Shown in pieces: positions 9,977 through 20,000 of a stretch of 20,000 nucleotides of DNA; within the stretch, counting starts at the first letter, position 1; every line of letters begins with the position of its first letter. Source of the DNA: Toensbergia leucococca (lineage: Eukaryota); NCBI GenBank assembly GCA_022813965.1, contig JALDZS010000138.1:45226-65225 (forward strand). Direction: 5' to 3'. The notes beneath the pieces were generated by a model that worked only from the letters and a program-made list of their open reading frames with translations, had not been told where the DNA came from and did no database searches. The position numbers and the translations under genes were made by a program.

Positions 9977-11861
9977 ATGGCGATCATGAGTTGTCTACTC
10001 GCAGAACAGGAGTCAGAGACATTGCCGGATGCAGATAATGGTCCCCTGCCCGTGCTTGTCAAGCCGTCATTCTTTTCGAAAATTTTCTCCACACCCAAGC
10101 AATCTTTGTCGACTATCAAACACATATGTTCCTCACTCACCGAATTTATATCCTCGCTTTACTCAGTTTGGGCCACGAATTGGTGGGCTCTGGAACTTCT
10201 AGGTTGGCTCTCGGCAGCATGGTCCCTTAGCATGATTGTGCTTACGCTTTATCTACACCAAGACAAGCCTTTGCCGCAGTGGCCATGCGATATCACACTG
10301 AATTCATTGCTTTCGGTTCTTTCTCAGCTTGGCCAATGGGGCCTGATGGGAAGCGTTGCGAAAGCGATAGGCCAGCTGAAATGGTTATGGTTCACACAAA
10401 TAAAGAGGCCTTTAACAGACTTCGTAGCATTCGATGAGGCTTCTATAGGTCCCTGGGGAAGCTTCCTTCTGTTGGTCAAAGGCTGGTTGATGTCCGTATT
10501 CGCCTTGCCACGCAGGATGGCGTGATAGACTCAGCTGATCTGGATGCTAGGCACTGGGTCTCGCTCGGCGCTTTAATTGTCATCGTGACCCAAGCATTCC
10601 AGCCGATTGTACAGCAAGCCGTAACATATCCAATACGCTTGCAGCATTCCGGTATCTCAACCGTTACTCGAAGTGTGGATTTCCGAGATGTTGACGGTCT
10701 GAATTCTAACGGTACGTCTGTGTTCGAGTCGAATCAGAGGCATGCTAACCATTTAAAGTCAATAAAACCTATCTTATCAATCCCATGAAAGCGAGTATCT
10801 ACAATGGCCTATACAATTCGAATGTTGCCCTTTCAGATTTATCAGCTTCATGTAAATCGGGTAATTGCACCTGGCCAGTATACTCTTCTCTTGCTATCTG
10901 TGCATCCACAGCAGACGTCACCACCTCACTGCAAAGTTCTTGCTCGACCCTCGATCCAAACAATGCAATTACTCACTTTCGAGTGGAGACTCTCTAGCAG
11001 GCATGAACGACGTTATTAGTCTTTTAGCGACAAATGACAGTACATCTGCCTCTATTGCATTTGCACAGACGAGCCCTGTCATTGATTTCTACACATTTCT
11101 GATATGAGCTAGGACATTCCGACCTCTTCTTTTGGAGTCAGCTCTACACCTCTGCGTGCAAAGCTACAACACATCAGTCATTAGCGGTAAGACTGAAACA
11201 AAGGAACTTACATCTTGGAGTAATCTCAACTCGACACTAGATTACGTCGTCAAAGTCCCTGATGATGATACCCAGTACGTGATGTCAAGATACTCCGTTA
11301 TCACGATGAATGACTTCCTCAGGAATATCATGCAAGGCCGTTACACGGTTATTAACGGTAACCCCATTTATGAATCCGATGCTATTGAAGTCCTAGTTGA
11401 TACGCTCCTGGTGGAGCCGTATGACCTAGCAGCTATGGTGAAATTTTTGAATGGACTAGCGACAAGTATGACAAATACGTAAGCTCGTATTTCATCATCA
11501 GTGAAACACTGTTACTGACATTGTCTGTAGTCTTCGATCTGGTAATTGGAGCGAGATCGTAAATGGAACTTCTTACTCCCAGGTAAACTACGTCAAAGTT
11601 AGATGGCCTTGGCTCATCGTACCGGCAGCGGTCCTTTTACTCTCGCTCCTATTTCTTGTCGCAACGATGAGGCAAAGTTCTCAAATGAACGTCAAGCCTT
11701 GGAAGACGTCCACCTTGGCAACGTTGCAGGGACTGAGCGGTGCTTTACATAATGAGCTCGGGTCCCTTGACACAGAATCAAGGATGGAAGAGGAAGCCGA
11801 AAGGCGGCTTGTGCAATTGAAAAAGGAAAACAATGGGTGGCGACTTGTGGAACACAAATAA
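9977..11861 (+). pseudogene. DUF3176-like fungal membrane protein, disrupted
   Basis: Exons 9977-10491, 10551-10711, 10759-11478 and 11531-11861 total 1727 nt, one short of a multiple of 3. Family motifs: WWALE, ITLNSLLS, IGQLKWLWF, FDEASIGPWGS, CKSGNCTW, CVQSY, VRWPWL, WKTSTLA. There is a frameshift at about 10944-10960 and an in-frame TGA at 11105-11107. Confidence 0.8.
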
Positions 11862-12461
11862 CTGTCGGGTAGGCGGCAAGCTTTGAGCCAACATACATTC
11901 AATAATCCGGGGTTCTTGAGGCCTACCGGAGAGATATGTACTTGGTTTGCAGAACCTTCACGGCTCTGCAAGAGACTGAACTGATTGTTCTTCGGCCCTC
12001 CGATATCTGTTCTGTGTTTAGTGCAAGATGATTTACCAGAGATTTCTCAGCATAGAGCTCCACCATAAGCAGTATCCAACTTGCAAATATGTCGCCGCAA
12101 TTTCCACAAAGATATAATTGGTGAGCATGGTCACTGGACTGCATATAGCTCTGACTTAACCCCATTCAGGTGTATTGTGTCGAAACATTATCCTCAGCCT
12201 GCATAGCGACCTCTATCACTGAGACAGTAGTATAAAGTCATCGTCATCATCCATCATGTCCTTGTGGCGAAAAACCAAAGCAGGTGTTTTATAGAGATGG
12301 CAACCGGAACTTATCTTAGTAGGAGTAGGCAGAGGAGGCCTTGGGATCCGGACGGAGACGTTGGCCTTGGGGAGGGGGGGTCGAGAAGTGGGACTTGGTG
12401 ATGGAGTCGACGAGGTAGACGAGCTAGTAGGCATAGACAAACAGGAGGGGCGGAGGGGGAT

Positions 12462-12513
12462 GCCGTGATTCAAGTAGATAGCGGACTGCTGTGATTCAAG
12501 TAGATAGCGGACT
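12462..12513. repeat. 26-bp tandem duplication
   Basis: GTGATTCAAGTAGATAGCGGACT occurs exactly at 12465-12487 and 12491-12513. Confidence 0.95.
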
Positions 12514-12803
12514 ACTTCCGAAGTTCAGGTTGTGAGTCGGTCTTCAGTGTGATGGAGGTAGATGGCATTCCACAGAGGTGGAGGGATCAGTCGGAATTTA
12601 GTGCAGATTCTTTGTTTCGCTAGCTCTAGAATAAATACCACGCTAACATCCTATGATGTTTTCTTACGGTATTTAAAGCCAAAACTCCAAGATGCCGACA
12701 AGCCTCGAACGGCCCTGGAGATGTTTGCAGGTCTCTCACCCCAGGAATCAGAAGCCTACAAATTGTGCCAGTCAAGATACCGCCACTAAGGCTGTGTCGA
12801 CCT

Positions 12804-12994
12804 CTATCATCTCGTTAGCCAGTGAGTCCCTTACCTTGAACCCCATTCAGGCGGACGGGATCACTGGACGAGCAGCTACCTGAGTACCGGCCTCTAAGAT
12901 AACCGTGGCTTGATAGAGAAAATCCATTCTCCTATCTCCTTCACCACTGCCATTTCACCCAATGAGAGAAAGCAAAGCTCCAATCATCCTATCA
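12804..12994. promoter_or_regulatory. Cluster of HGATAR sites (candidate AreA/NIT2 elements) upstream of the permease
   Basis: CTATCA 12804, AGATAA 12897, TGATAG 12911, CTATCT 12932 and CTATCA 12989: five in about 190 bp, against roughly one per 340 bp expected at even base composition. Confidence 0.35.
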
Positions 12995-13603
12995 AGTCTA
13001 TTTTGTCCACCGGACGTCCTCGGAATATCCTACATTGATCACCGCATCTGGCATACGCGTTCGGCGTTACTGCAGCCAATCCGTTCAAGTAAAAAAGCAG
13101 ACCCACAGCCAGCTCATACATGTCTGTGCACTGCAGTATGGATCCAGACAGCTATGCATGAGCAATATATTTGGTTGGATGAGAAATGTATCTCATTCCA
13201 TATGTGTGCGATAGAATAAATCTGAATTCGGTGAAGCCTCCAGTCACGATAATTCAACATGCGAGTATCAAATCGTCAGATTTATTTCCTCCAACATACC
13301 CAGGAGCTCCAAGGTCCTGCAAGAGCACAGCAAATGAGGGCATTTGAAGCCCCGTGCGGCTCCTTGACGAATTCAATCCAATGTCTCCACATATCGTGTT
13401 GAAATGCAGCCTCAGTCATGATTTCAAAGTACTGTTACACAAGACTTGCCATATCCAGCATTCCTACGATGACCCTTGACTCGCATCTACGTGTGTAACA
13501 TCAATAGGTGTAAAACGCACTTCTCGCACAATTTGATAAAAATTGGTCGCAATCTTGTTTCACCATACAGTATCACAATTTTTTGGGTATCTTCAATGCA
13601 ACC

Positions 13604-15704
13604 ATGTCATTTCAAAATGAGAACACAGACAAAGGCAATGTGAGCCACGCTATTGTTGGCACCTCGATGAGGAATAATGAGGCCATGATGTCGCAGCAGA
13701 CGAAAGATGGCACAGTAATGGCGCGAGCTGGAAAGAAACAGCAATTGAGGGTAGGCGCTTGACTATGATCTTAAAGCGAGGAGCGGCGTGACTCTGACCC
13801 GTTAAAAGCGACACTTCGGGCTCATCTCGAGTTTAGCCTTCTCCGCGACTTTGCTGGCATCATGGGAGGCTGTCGCAGGGTTCGTACTCCAGGTGTTAAA
13901 TTCTCCAATCTTCATTGACTCACTCTTTTTGTTCAAGTACCTTTCAAGCAGGCCTCATCAACGGTGGTTCGGTCTCTTTGGTATATGGCTTTATTCTGGC
14001 ATTTTGTGGATCAATGGCATTGGCTGCTTCCTTGGCAGAGATGGCCTCGATGTGAGCTACTCGAAATTGACTTGATGAAAACCGAGATTGAGAGAGAGTC
14101 ACTCAGGATACCGATCGCGGGAGCGCAGTATCACTGGACGGCAGTATTTGCACCGCCGCGGTACTCAGCCTTCATCAGCTGGATTCAAGGTATGGTTGGC
14201 CAGGGACGCTGGAAAATATCGTTGACAATCATTCATGACAATCAGGATGGATCACCGTCCTTGCGTGGCAGGGCGCTACCACCAGTTTTACCTTCCTGAT
14301 GGCGACTCAGATTCAAGGACTTCTCGTCCTGAACTATCCCGATTACGTTTTCCAACGGTATCACGGCACTTTACTCATGTGGGCTGTTGTGTTGCTCGGT
14401 CTCTTGATCAACGTTTTCGGTATTGCAATACTGCCACACATCGGAACTGTCTCTGGGCTTTGTCACTTGGCGTTCTACTTTGCTCTTTTAATTCCTCTGG
14501 TCTACTTGGCGCCTAAAAAGTCCGCCTCCTTTGTTTTCACTAGCTTTCAGAACAACAGTGGATGGAGTAGTGATGGTGTCAGTTGGTGTGTTGGATTGTT
14601 GACCATGGTGTTCTCTCTTGTTGGTAAGTACTCGTCAGATAGTGGTCTCGTTATAATGCTGATTCTGCCATAGGCTTTGATGGTGTGGTTCATATGAGTT
14701 TGTGACCACACAAGATTCGTTTTAGATGTCTTCCCATGGGCTGACAATCACTTTTATCAAGGCGAAGAGATCGAGAATGCAGCTGTCACAGTACCTAGGA
14801 CTCTCATGTTCTCACTCATAACCAACGGTGTCATGGCATTCAGCTTCTTGATTGCTCTTCTGTTCTGTGTTGGTAATGTTGAGAATGCGTTGAACACTCC
14901 CACTGGTGAGCTGCCATGCGCTTTCATGTCTTCTGTCGCCAGTCATATAATCGCTCATTGATCAAAGTACTGACGCCGAGAAGGTTATCCAATCATCGAG
15001 ATATTTTACCAAGCAACCAATTCTGCCAGGGCCGCTTCGGCCATGATGAGCGCACTCATCATCATCTGTTTCGCGTCTGGTCTTACGGTCCTAGCGTCGT
15101 CATCTCGTTTGACGTGGGCCTTTGCTCGCGATAATGGACTGCCATTTGCGAAGTTCTTCAGCCATGTGGGTTTCGTCTTTCATCTCTACCTTCACTGTCA
15201 AAAGTCGCCTAGCAAACGCCTTTACTTGATATAGTACTAACCCTAAGACAAATGACTTAGGTGGACCCCTACTATAGAATTCCTATCCGTTCCCTCGTGC
15301 TTGTAAGCATTGTGACAATGCTCCTTGCTCTACTCAACATTGCATCCACAACGGCTTTCAACGCGATTCTCTCTCTAACAACTTTTGCTATTTGCGTCTC
15401 CTACATCATCCCCATCACTCTTCTCCTCATCAAGAAGCTCAAGGGTCACGAAATAGAGTACGGACCATTCAATCTCGGCCGGGCTGGTCTCTATATCAAC
15501 ATTTTCGCTGTAGTCTATGGCGTTTTCGTATGTATGTTCCTGCCGTTTCCACCCCAGGAGCCTGTCACAGCGATCAACATGAATTATGCAAGTCCCGTCT
15601 TTGGGGCTGTCCTGATCTTTAGTGTGGTCTATTGGTTCTTGCAGGGGAGAAACAAGTTTACGGGTCCCATAAGAGAGGTGGATGAAGTGATGGAGGAGAA
15701 GTAG
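13604..15704 (+). CDS. APC-superfamily amino acid/amine permease (choline/GABA permease-like), about 528 aa
   Basis: Nine exons: 13604-13750, 13809-13879, 13938-14051, 14107-14189, 14246-14623, 14674-14697, 14762-14905, 14984-15165 and 15261-15704 (1587 nt, in frame). Motifs: GKKQQLRRHF, GLINGG, SLAEMAS.IPIAGAQYHW, GFDGVVHMSEE, SSRLTWAFARDNGLP, NMNYA. Confidence 0.93.
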
Positions 15705-17312
15705 GAAGGCGAAGATAAGTGAACGCCTTCAACTTGCAATGCCCATGTGATGTGGATTTATTTGGATTTGGAGGACGAATCCGATGCTTCAATCGAGTGT
15801 AGTCTTGGCAGTGAATTCTTCCATTTTAGACACGTCTCACTAAGCCTTTTCCTGATCCAGAATCACACTTCTTATCGCGCTTCTGCGTCGATGACTCTAC
15901 AAAAAGCCTGCTATTTGCCACTCATCCATTGTTTCTCTGATGCCTATGTACCATGTCGGAAAAGTACGCTCGATTACAATTTATAGCACCAGTGTCGAAG
16001 GGGATCGGCCTAATTACTCTCAAGGTGAATTTTTCATATCAGTGGCACTAAGCTCATATCAGACTTGTTTAGCTACCCACGGCTTTCAACGGTCAGTGAT
16101 CTCTCCCTCGTTGCTTCTCAATACCTACGCAGAGACCCGATGGCGGCAGAGGAGCAAAGATATTACGTGCAAGCAGGTACGAAGTCGACAAGAATGTTTC
16201 TACATGAATCTTGGTACCAAACTTCCACTCCGAGGCGTCGAGATGATGCTTGAAAGGTGGCTGAGCTTCCACGCTCGACTCGTGACGATGTGTTATGCAA
16301 GATATGGAGAGCCCTGCGTCCTTCGGCGGCTGTGGGCTAAATAGCTTTCTTTCATTTGTCTTTGTTGTGAAAGCTTAGGAAGTCGGAAAGGGAGATGACC
16401 CCAGATATTTCTTCAGATTTTATAACATGGTATTCTGGCAATCCTCAAAGCCGGTCCAACGCTGTCTAGGGCTGACGGCATGGTTTCAGGTAATCAGCAT
16501 GGGTTGTATCGATCAGCGTCATCAAATGAGGTTGCAATAGCCACTGAGATTCAGGTACAATTTCCTTGACCATTTCCATTGCTGAGCATCCCCTCCTCTA
16601 CGAACTATGCCTGTCCCGCCCATTGGTTGACAATCAAATCCCACCGATAGCTGACTCGACTTTAATCCAACAATGCTATACTACTTCGCACCCTCGACAA
16701 CTGACGGTCGCAAAACGGATATTAAAGCTCTTTCTTCCATCCTCTGCCCATGATATGATAGAGACTGCAACACGGTTTAGCCCCTCTCATCATCTCTGCA
16801 ATATTCCGCGTCTGTACAGTGCATTCAAGTAGCTCGCCTATCAATATTCACCCTAAATCGGCTAAAGAGTATGATGATTAGAAATGCCATCCAGAATCTC
16901 GGACTTCCAAACAATCCGAACAGCGAAATTAATAATGCACCTTCAACGCAAAGTACATTCTTCGATTAGGGTTAATGACCTGCACCTGTGTTTTGCGCCA
17001 AAGAGGATGTAATGTTGAAATAAGTGCTGATGCACCCAAATAAAGTCAGGATTGCGGGGCTGGCAAAGTGCACAAGGCAAAAGGCAAAAGGTGCTGACAA
17101 AAGCTGCTCTGACAAATCATCATCCCCTCAGTATGACACGACCAAGCATCTGCATCTATCAAGAGAAGCATAACATATAAGAAAACAGGACTCAAGGCCT
17201 TCTTTCTCATATTCAATAGCCTTGAGAAAATTCACCTGCGTCTCTTCATCTGCCAAGATCTTCTCAAAACCCAGATCTATATTCTTTGTTCTTTACAGAA
17301 ACACCCTTCACC

Positions 17313-18396
17313 ATGTCGAATGAGGCTGCCTGGATCGAGGAGGCTCACGCCGACGTCAAGATCGGTCCTGCCGAGAATTACACTCCAGGGTCTGGTCAAG
17401 TCCTAGTTAAGATTGAATCCATTGCTTTCAATCCCGTCGAGTCCAAGATTCAAAAGTATTTCCCTTAGAAACCTACCGCGACGTCTGAAGGGCCAATATT
17501 GATGATTGTTTAGATACGCCATGATGCCCATACCATATCCTTCCATTCTTGGTAGCTCTTTTGCCGGCATTGTCGAAGAGATCGGTCCTTCTGTCACAAG
17601 AGTCAAAGTTGGAGACCATGTCGCTGTCAACAAGACGGGCAAGGCGTTCGGTATTTCTAGCTTCGCCGCCTATCAGAAGTACTCCCTGGCCGCAGAACCC
17701 TCCCTTGCAGTCCTTGACCCAAGCACCTCGTTCGATGATGCCTCGGCGACAGTAGTCAATCTGGCTACCTCTGCAGCTGCATTATCAATTACTATGGGCT
17801 TAGATCGCCCACCGTTGTCTGGGAAAGCTGAGTCAAAGGGAAAGAAACTCCTTGTCTATGGTGGGTCTTCAAGTGTCGGTGGATACGCCGTCAAATATGC
17901 CTCGGATGCTGGATATGAAGTTATCACTACCTCTTCACCTGGGAACAAAGACTTCGTCCAAAGAGCAAGCCCCTCTCATATCATTGACCACACGCTCCCT
18001 CATGATCAGCTTCTGAGCGAGTTGAAATCGTCAGGGCCTTATGACGCTGTCTTTGACACCATCGGCACGCCACCAGTAACGACACTGATAGTCAAGCTTC
18101 TGGGCGAGAAGGGCGGATCATACCACACCACACAGCCACCCCTGGGTCCAGACCCGGTGCCCGAGAACGTGAAAAGAAACTTTGCCAGTTACTATACCTT
18201 GTTTGAGGCAGAAGACAATGAGGAGATGCGGAAGTGGTTCTACGAGAAGTATGTGCCACAGGGATTGAAGGACGGAAGCATCATTCCTACGAGGCAGATC
18301 AAGAAGGAGGGCGGATTGCGGTGCGTGCAGGAGGTGTTGAATGCGTTGCTTGAGGGTGTCAGTGGGAAGAAGTTTGTCGCGAATCCCCAAGATTGA
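17313..18396 (+). CDS. MDR-superfamily NAD(P)H oxidoreductase (GroES-like; trans-enoyl reductase/TOXD-like), about 341 aa
   Basis: Exons 17313-17455 and 17514-18396 (1026 nt). Motifs: QVLVKIESIAFNPVE, YPSILGSSFAGIVEEIG..V..VKVGDHV, Rossmann LVYGGSSSVGGYAV, VITTSS and VSGKKFV. Confidence 0.9.
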
Positions 18397-18470
18397 GGAA
18401 GTTTTCAGAAGGAGTCTTGCTCTCTTCACTCAGATGTAATACTGATAGTCTGCCAGGCTTTAGATTAGTT

Positions 18471-18913
18471 GTTATTTAGCGCATGCAATTCATCTGCAAA
18501 ATCTTGACACCGCAGATCCCCTCTCACCTTCACCTCAATTTCTAAGCCTTTATCATATCTACATCAAATTTAGTACTGTAAGCTTGATAGTCACTGAGAA
18601 ATCACTCTGAAGCATTTGATAACATCATTCAGTAGATGAGTAACGCTTATAGAGGCTTCAGAGATTTTAACAGTAATGATAGTTCTTCTTTCTTAAAATT
18701 GACATACTGCAGTCATGACTCACAACGCTGCTAAAATCTATAGATGAGTGATGCTTTTTTACTAAATAATATTCTTAGATAATTCTTTAAAAGCTATTAA
18801 GCTTGCAGTACTAAATTTGATGTTAGTATGATGTAGACATAAATATTAAGATAAAGATAAGAAGAAATCTGCAGTGTCAAGATTTCATAGATAAATTGCA
18901 TGCACTAAATAAC
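18471..18913. repeat. Imperfect long inverted repeat (foldback): arms 18471-18684 and 18717-18913, 32-bp spacer
   Basis: 18471-18539 matches the reverse complement of 18845-18913 at 55/69 positions with all 14 mismatches transitions. Further colinear blocks include CATCAAATTTAGTACTG, 18621-18650 versus 18744-18773, and 18659-18684 versus 18717-18742. Confidence 0.9.
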
Positions 18914-19900
18914 ATCATGATTTTCTAACTTAAGAAGAAATATAACATATTTTTCACTATACATTAAGTGAATCATTTACTTACGCTCTGATGATCTAAT
19001 ATTTGATAATGATAGAAGAATATTTTTCTTCTCATGAGGATGTGTCTTGAAGAATTCACTGAGTGCAGAATGAGTGAGTTTTATAGTCACAGTATGTAAG
19101 AAGTCTCAGTGTGTAACTGAGTTAGTTGAATGATCAATGTTGTAGTCCTTGTATGACTGTGAAATTGAGAGATACAGGGCTTCTTTTCTAGTCATGAGAA
19201 TACCTGATTTTTTGATGATATCTAGATGAAATTCTCTATCAAAATTCACTGAGCTATAAGCTGTTGTCTAAAATATGACAGTCTGATTGTCTTGTCATGT
19301 GACGCAAAGAACCTTATCATCCTTCTTCTTCTTATTATTCTTCTTATTCTCAGAAGGAAGGGCGTTTAATTTCTTAGAAGAAAAAGTGTTTGATTTCTCA
19401 GAAGGGTCAATTTCCTTAGAGACGTTGACTCTAGAAGGGGCGTTTCTCTTGCTCTTGAGAGGCCTTCCCCTCAGTCACTTTGCCTCAGAAGGAGAAGAGT
19501 TAATTTTCTCAGAAATCTTAACCCTAGAAGGGGTGTTTCCCTTACTTTTGAGAGACCTTCCTCTCAGTCACTTTGCCTCAGAGAGAGTCTAAATGAGTGA
19601 GTGGTAATAAAGAGTGATGATGAGAATCTTCTTATTCTTCTTCTTTAGAACTTTATTAGTGATATAGACAATTTTCCCTCAATTGATTGACTTCTACCAT
19701 GTGAGCTTCAATTCTAGAAGTTCTAATAATATTCTGAATTCTAATTTTGCTGTATCACATGCAGTAATTTCTTAAGACTTCAGGGCTCTAAGAAGCTTTG
19801 TGAAGGTAAAGAAGTTGTTAATGTAGATTACATACTCATTCTAAGACAAAGATTTCATGATGTTTATGATCATAGTGTCAGGAACTGGGCTTAGGCAAGA
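18914..19900 (-). mobile_element. RIP-decayed piggyBac-like transposon fragment (transposase pseudogene); boundaries approximate
   Basis: One minus frame from 19858 to 19139 reads EYVIYINNFFTFTKLLRALKS*EITACDTAK...VLCVT*QDNQTVIF*TTAY...LSISQSYKDYN. Reverting transitions gives piggyBac motifs YxDNFFTS, GIxACGT, WQDN and PIP..DYN. The region is AT-rich and CpG-poor, and the stops are explicable by C>T/G>A. Confidence 0.82.
19431..19582. repeat. 59-bp direct repeat with 93-bp period inside the transposase frame
   Basis: 19431-19489 versus 19524-19582: 53/59 identical, all six differences transitions. Confidence 0.93.
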
Positions 19901-20000
19901 ACAGCACAGCTGTATCAGGGGTTTAGGAACTATGATAAGGCTTGATCTATGTACTGAGTACTATACAGGACGAAAGACGAAGGAAACAAGAGGAGAACGA

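Noticed and set aside
12216..12600. Pro/Ser-rich minus ORF and an ankyrin-like EVVRYLLE snippet
   Set aside because: It has a non-ATG start, low complexity and too little motif support.
11945..12730. Additional 7-9-mer direct matches (GTTTGCAG, CGGCCCT, TTTAGTGCA)
   Set aside because: Matches of this length are expected by chance in about 1 kb.
12804..12834. Minus-strand intron-like GTAAGG...GCTAAC...TAG
   Set aside because: It is only 31 nt long and the flanking frames are not convincingly coding.
15705..17312. Short ORFs in the 1.6-kb intergenic region
   Set aside because: No recognisable domains, splice structure or repeats.
17313..18396. Dedicated PKS partner (LovC-type) trans-enoyl reductase
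   Set aside because: No PKS is in the window and this MDR family has many stand-alone members.
19287..19592. Plus-strand 101-aa hydrophobic ORF
   Set aside because: It is the antisense of the Lys-rich transposase insert.
18571..19963. TAGTACT/AGTACTA as TIRs of the right-hand element
   Set aside because: It is only a 7-bp match with no TTAA-CCC piggyBac end, and the left copy lies inside the foldback arm.

Overview
Intron-containing fungal DNA, most likely a filamentous ascomycete (GT..AG introns of about 50-95 nt with CTRAY branch sites, RIP-like transposon decay). A block of about 17.5 kb of accessory-type genes lies between two decayed DNA transposons. The left end holds an internally deleted pogo/Tc1-mariner-type element with an intact TA|CCGTA terminus and an 18-bp subterminal tandem array. 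The gene block comprises a PTH11/SAT4-like membrane protein divergent from two cytochrome P450s (one VerA/StcS-like, one CYP7/8-like with an atypical I-helix), a Thr-rich repeat protein with a GPI-like tail, a DUF3176-like gene disabled by a frameshift and a stop, an APC-family amine/amino-acid permease, and an MDR-family (trans-enoyl-reductase-like) oxidoreductase. The right end holds a ~440-bp imperfect foldback with asymmetric C>T decay and a RIP-mutated piggyBac-like transposase carrying an unusual ~120-codon insert with two AT-hook-like motifs. No PKS, NRPS or terpene synthase is visible. All family calls come from motif recognition by eye, not database searches.
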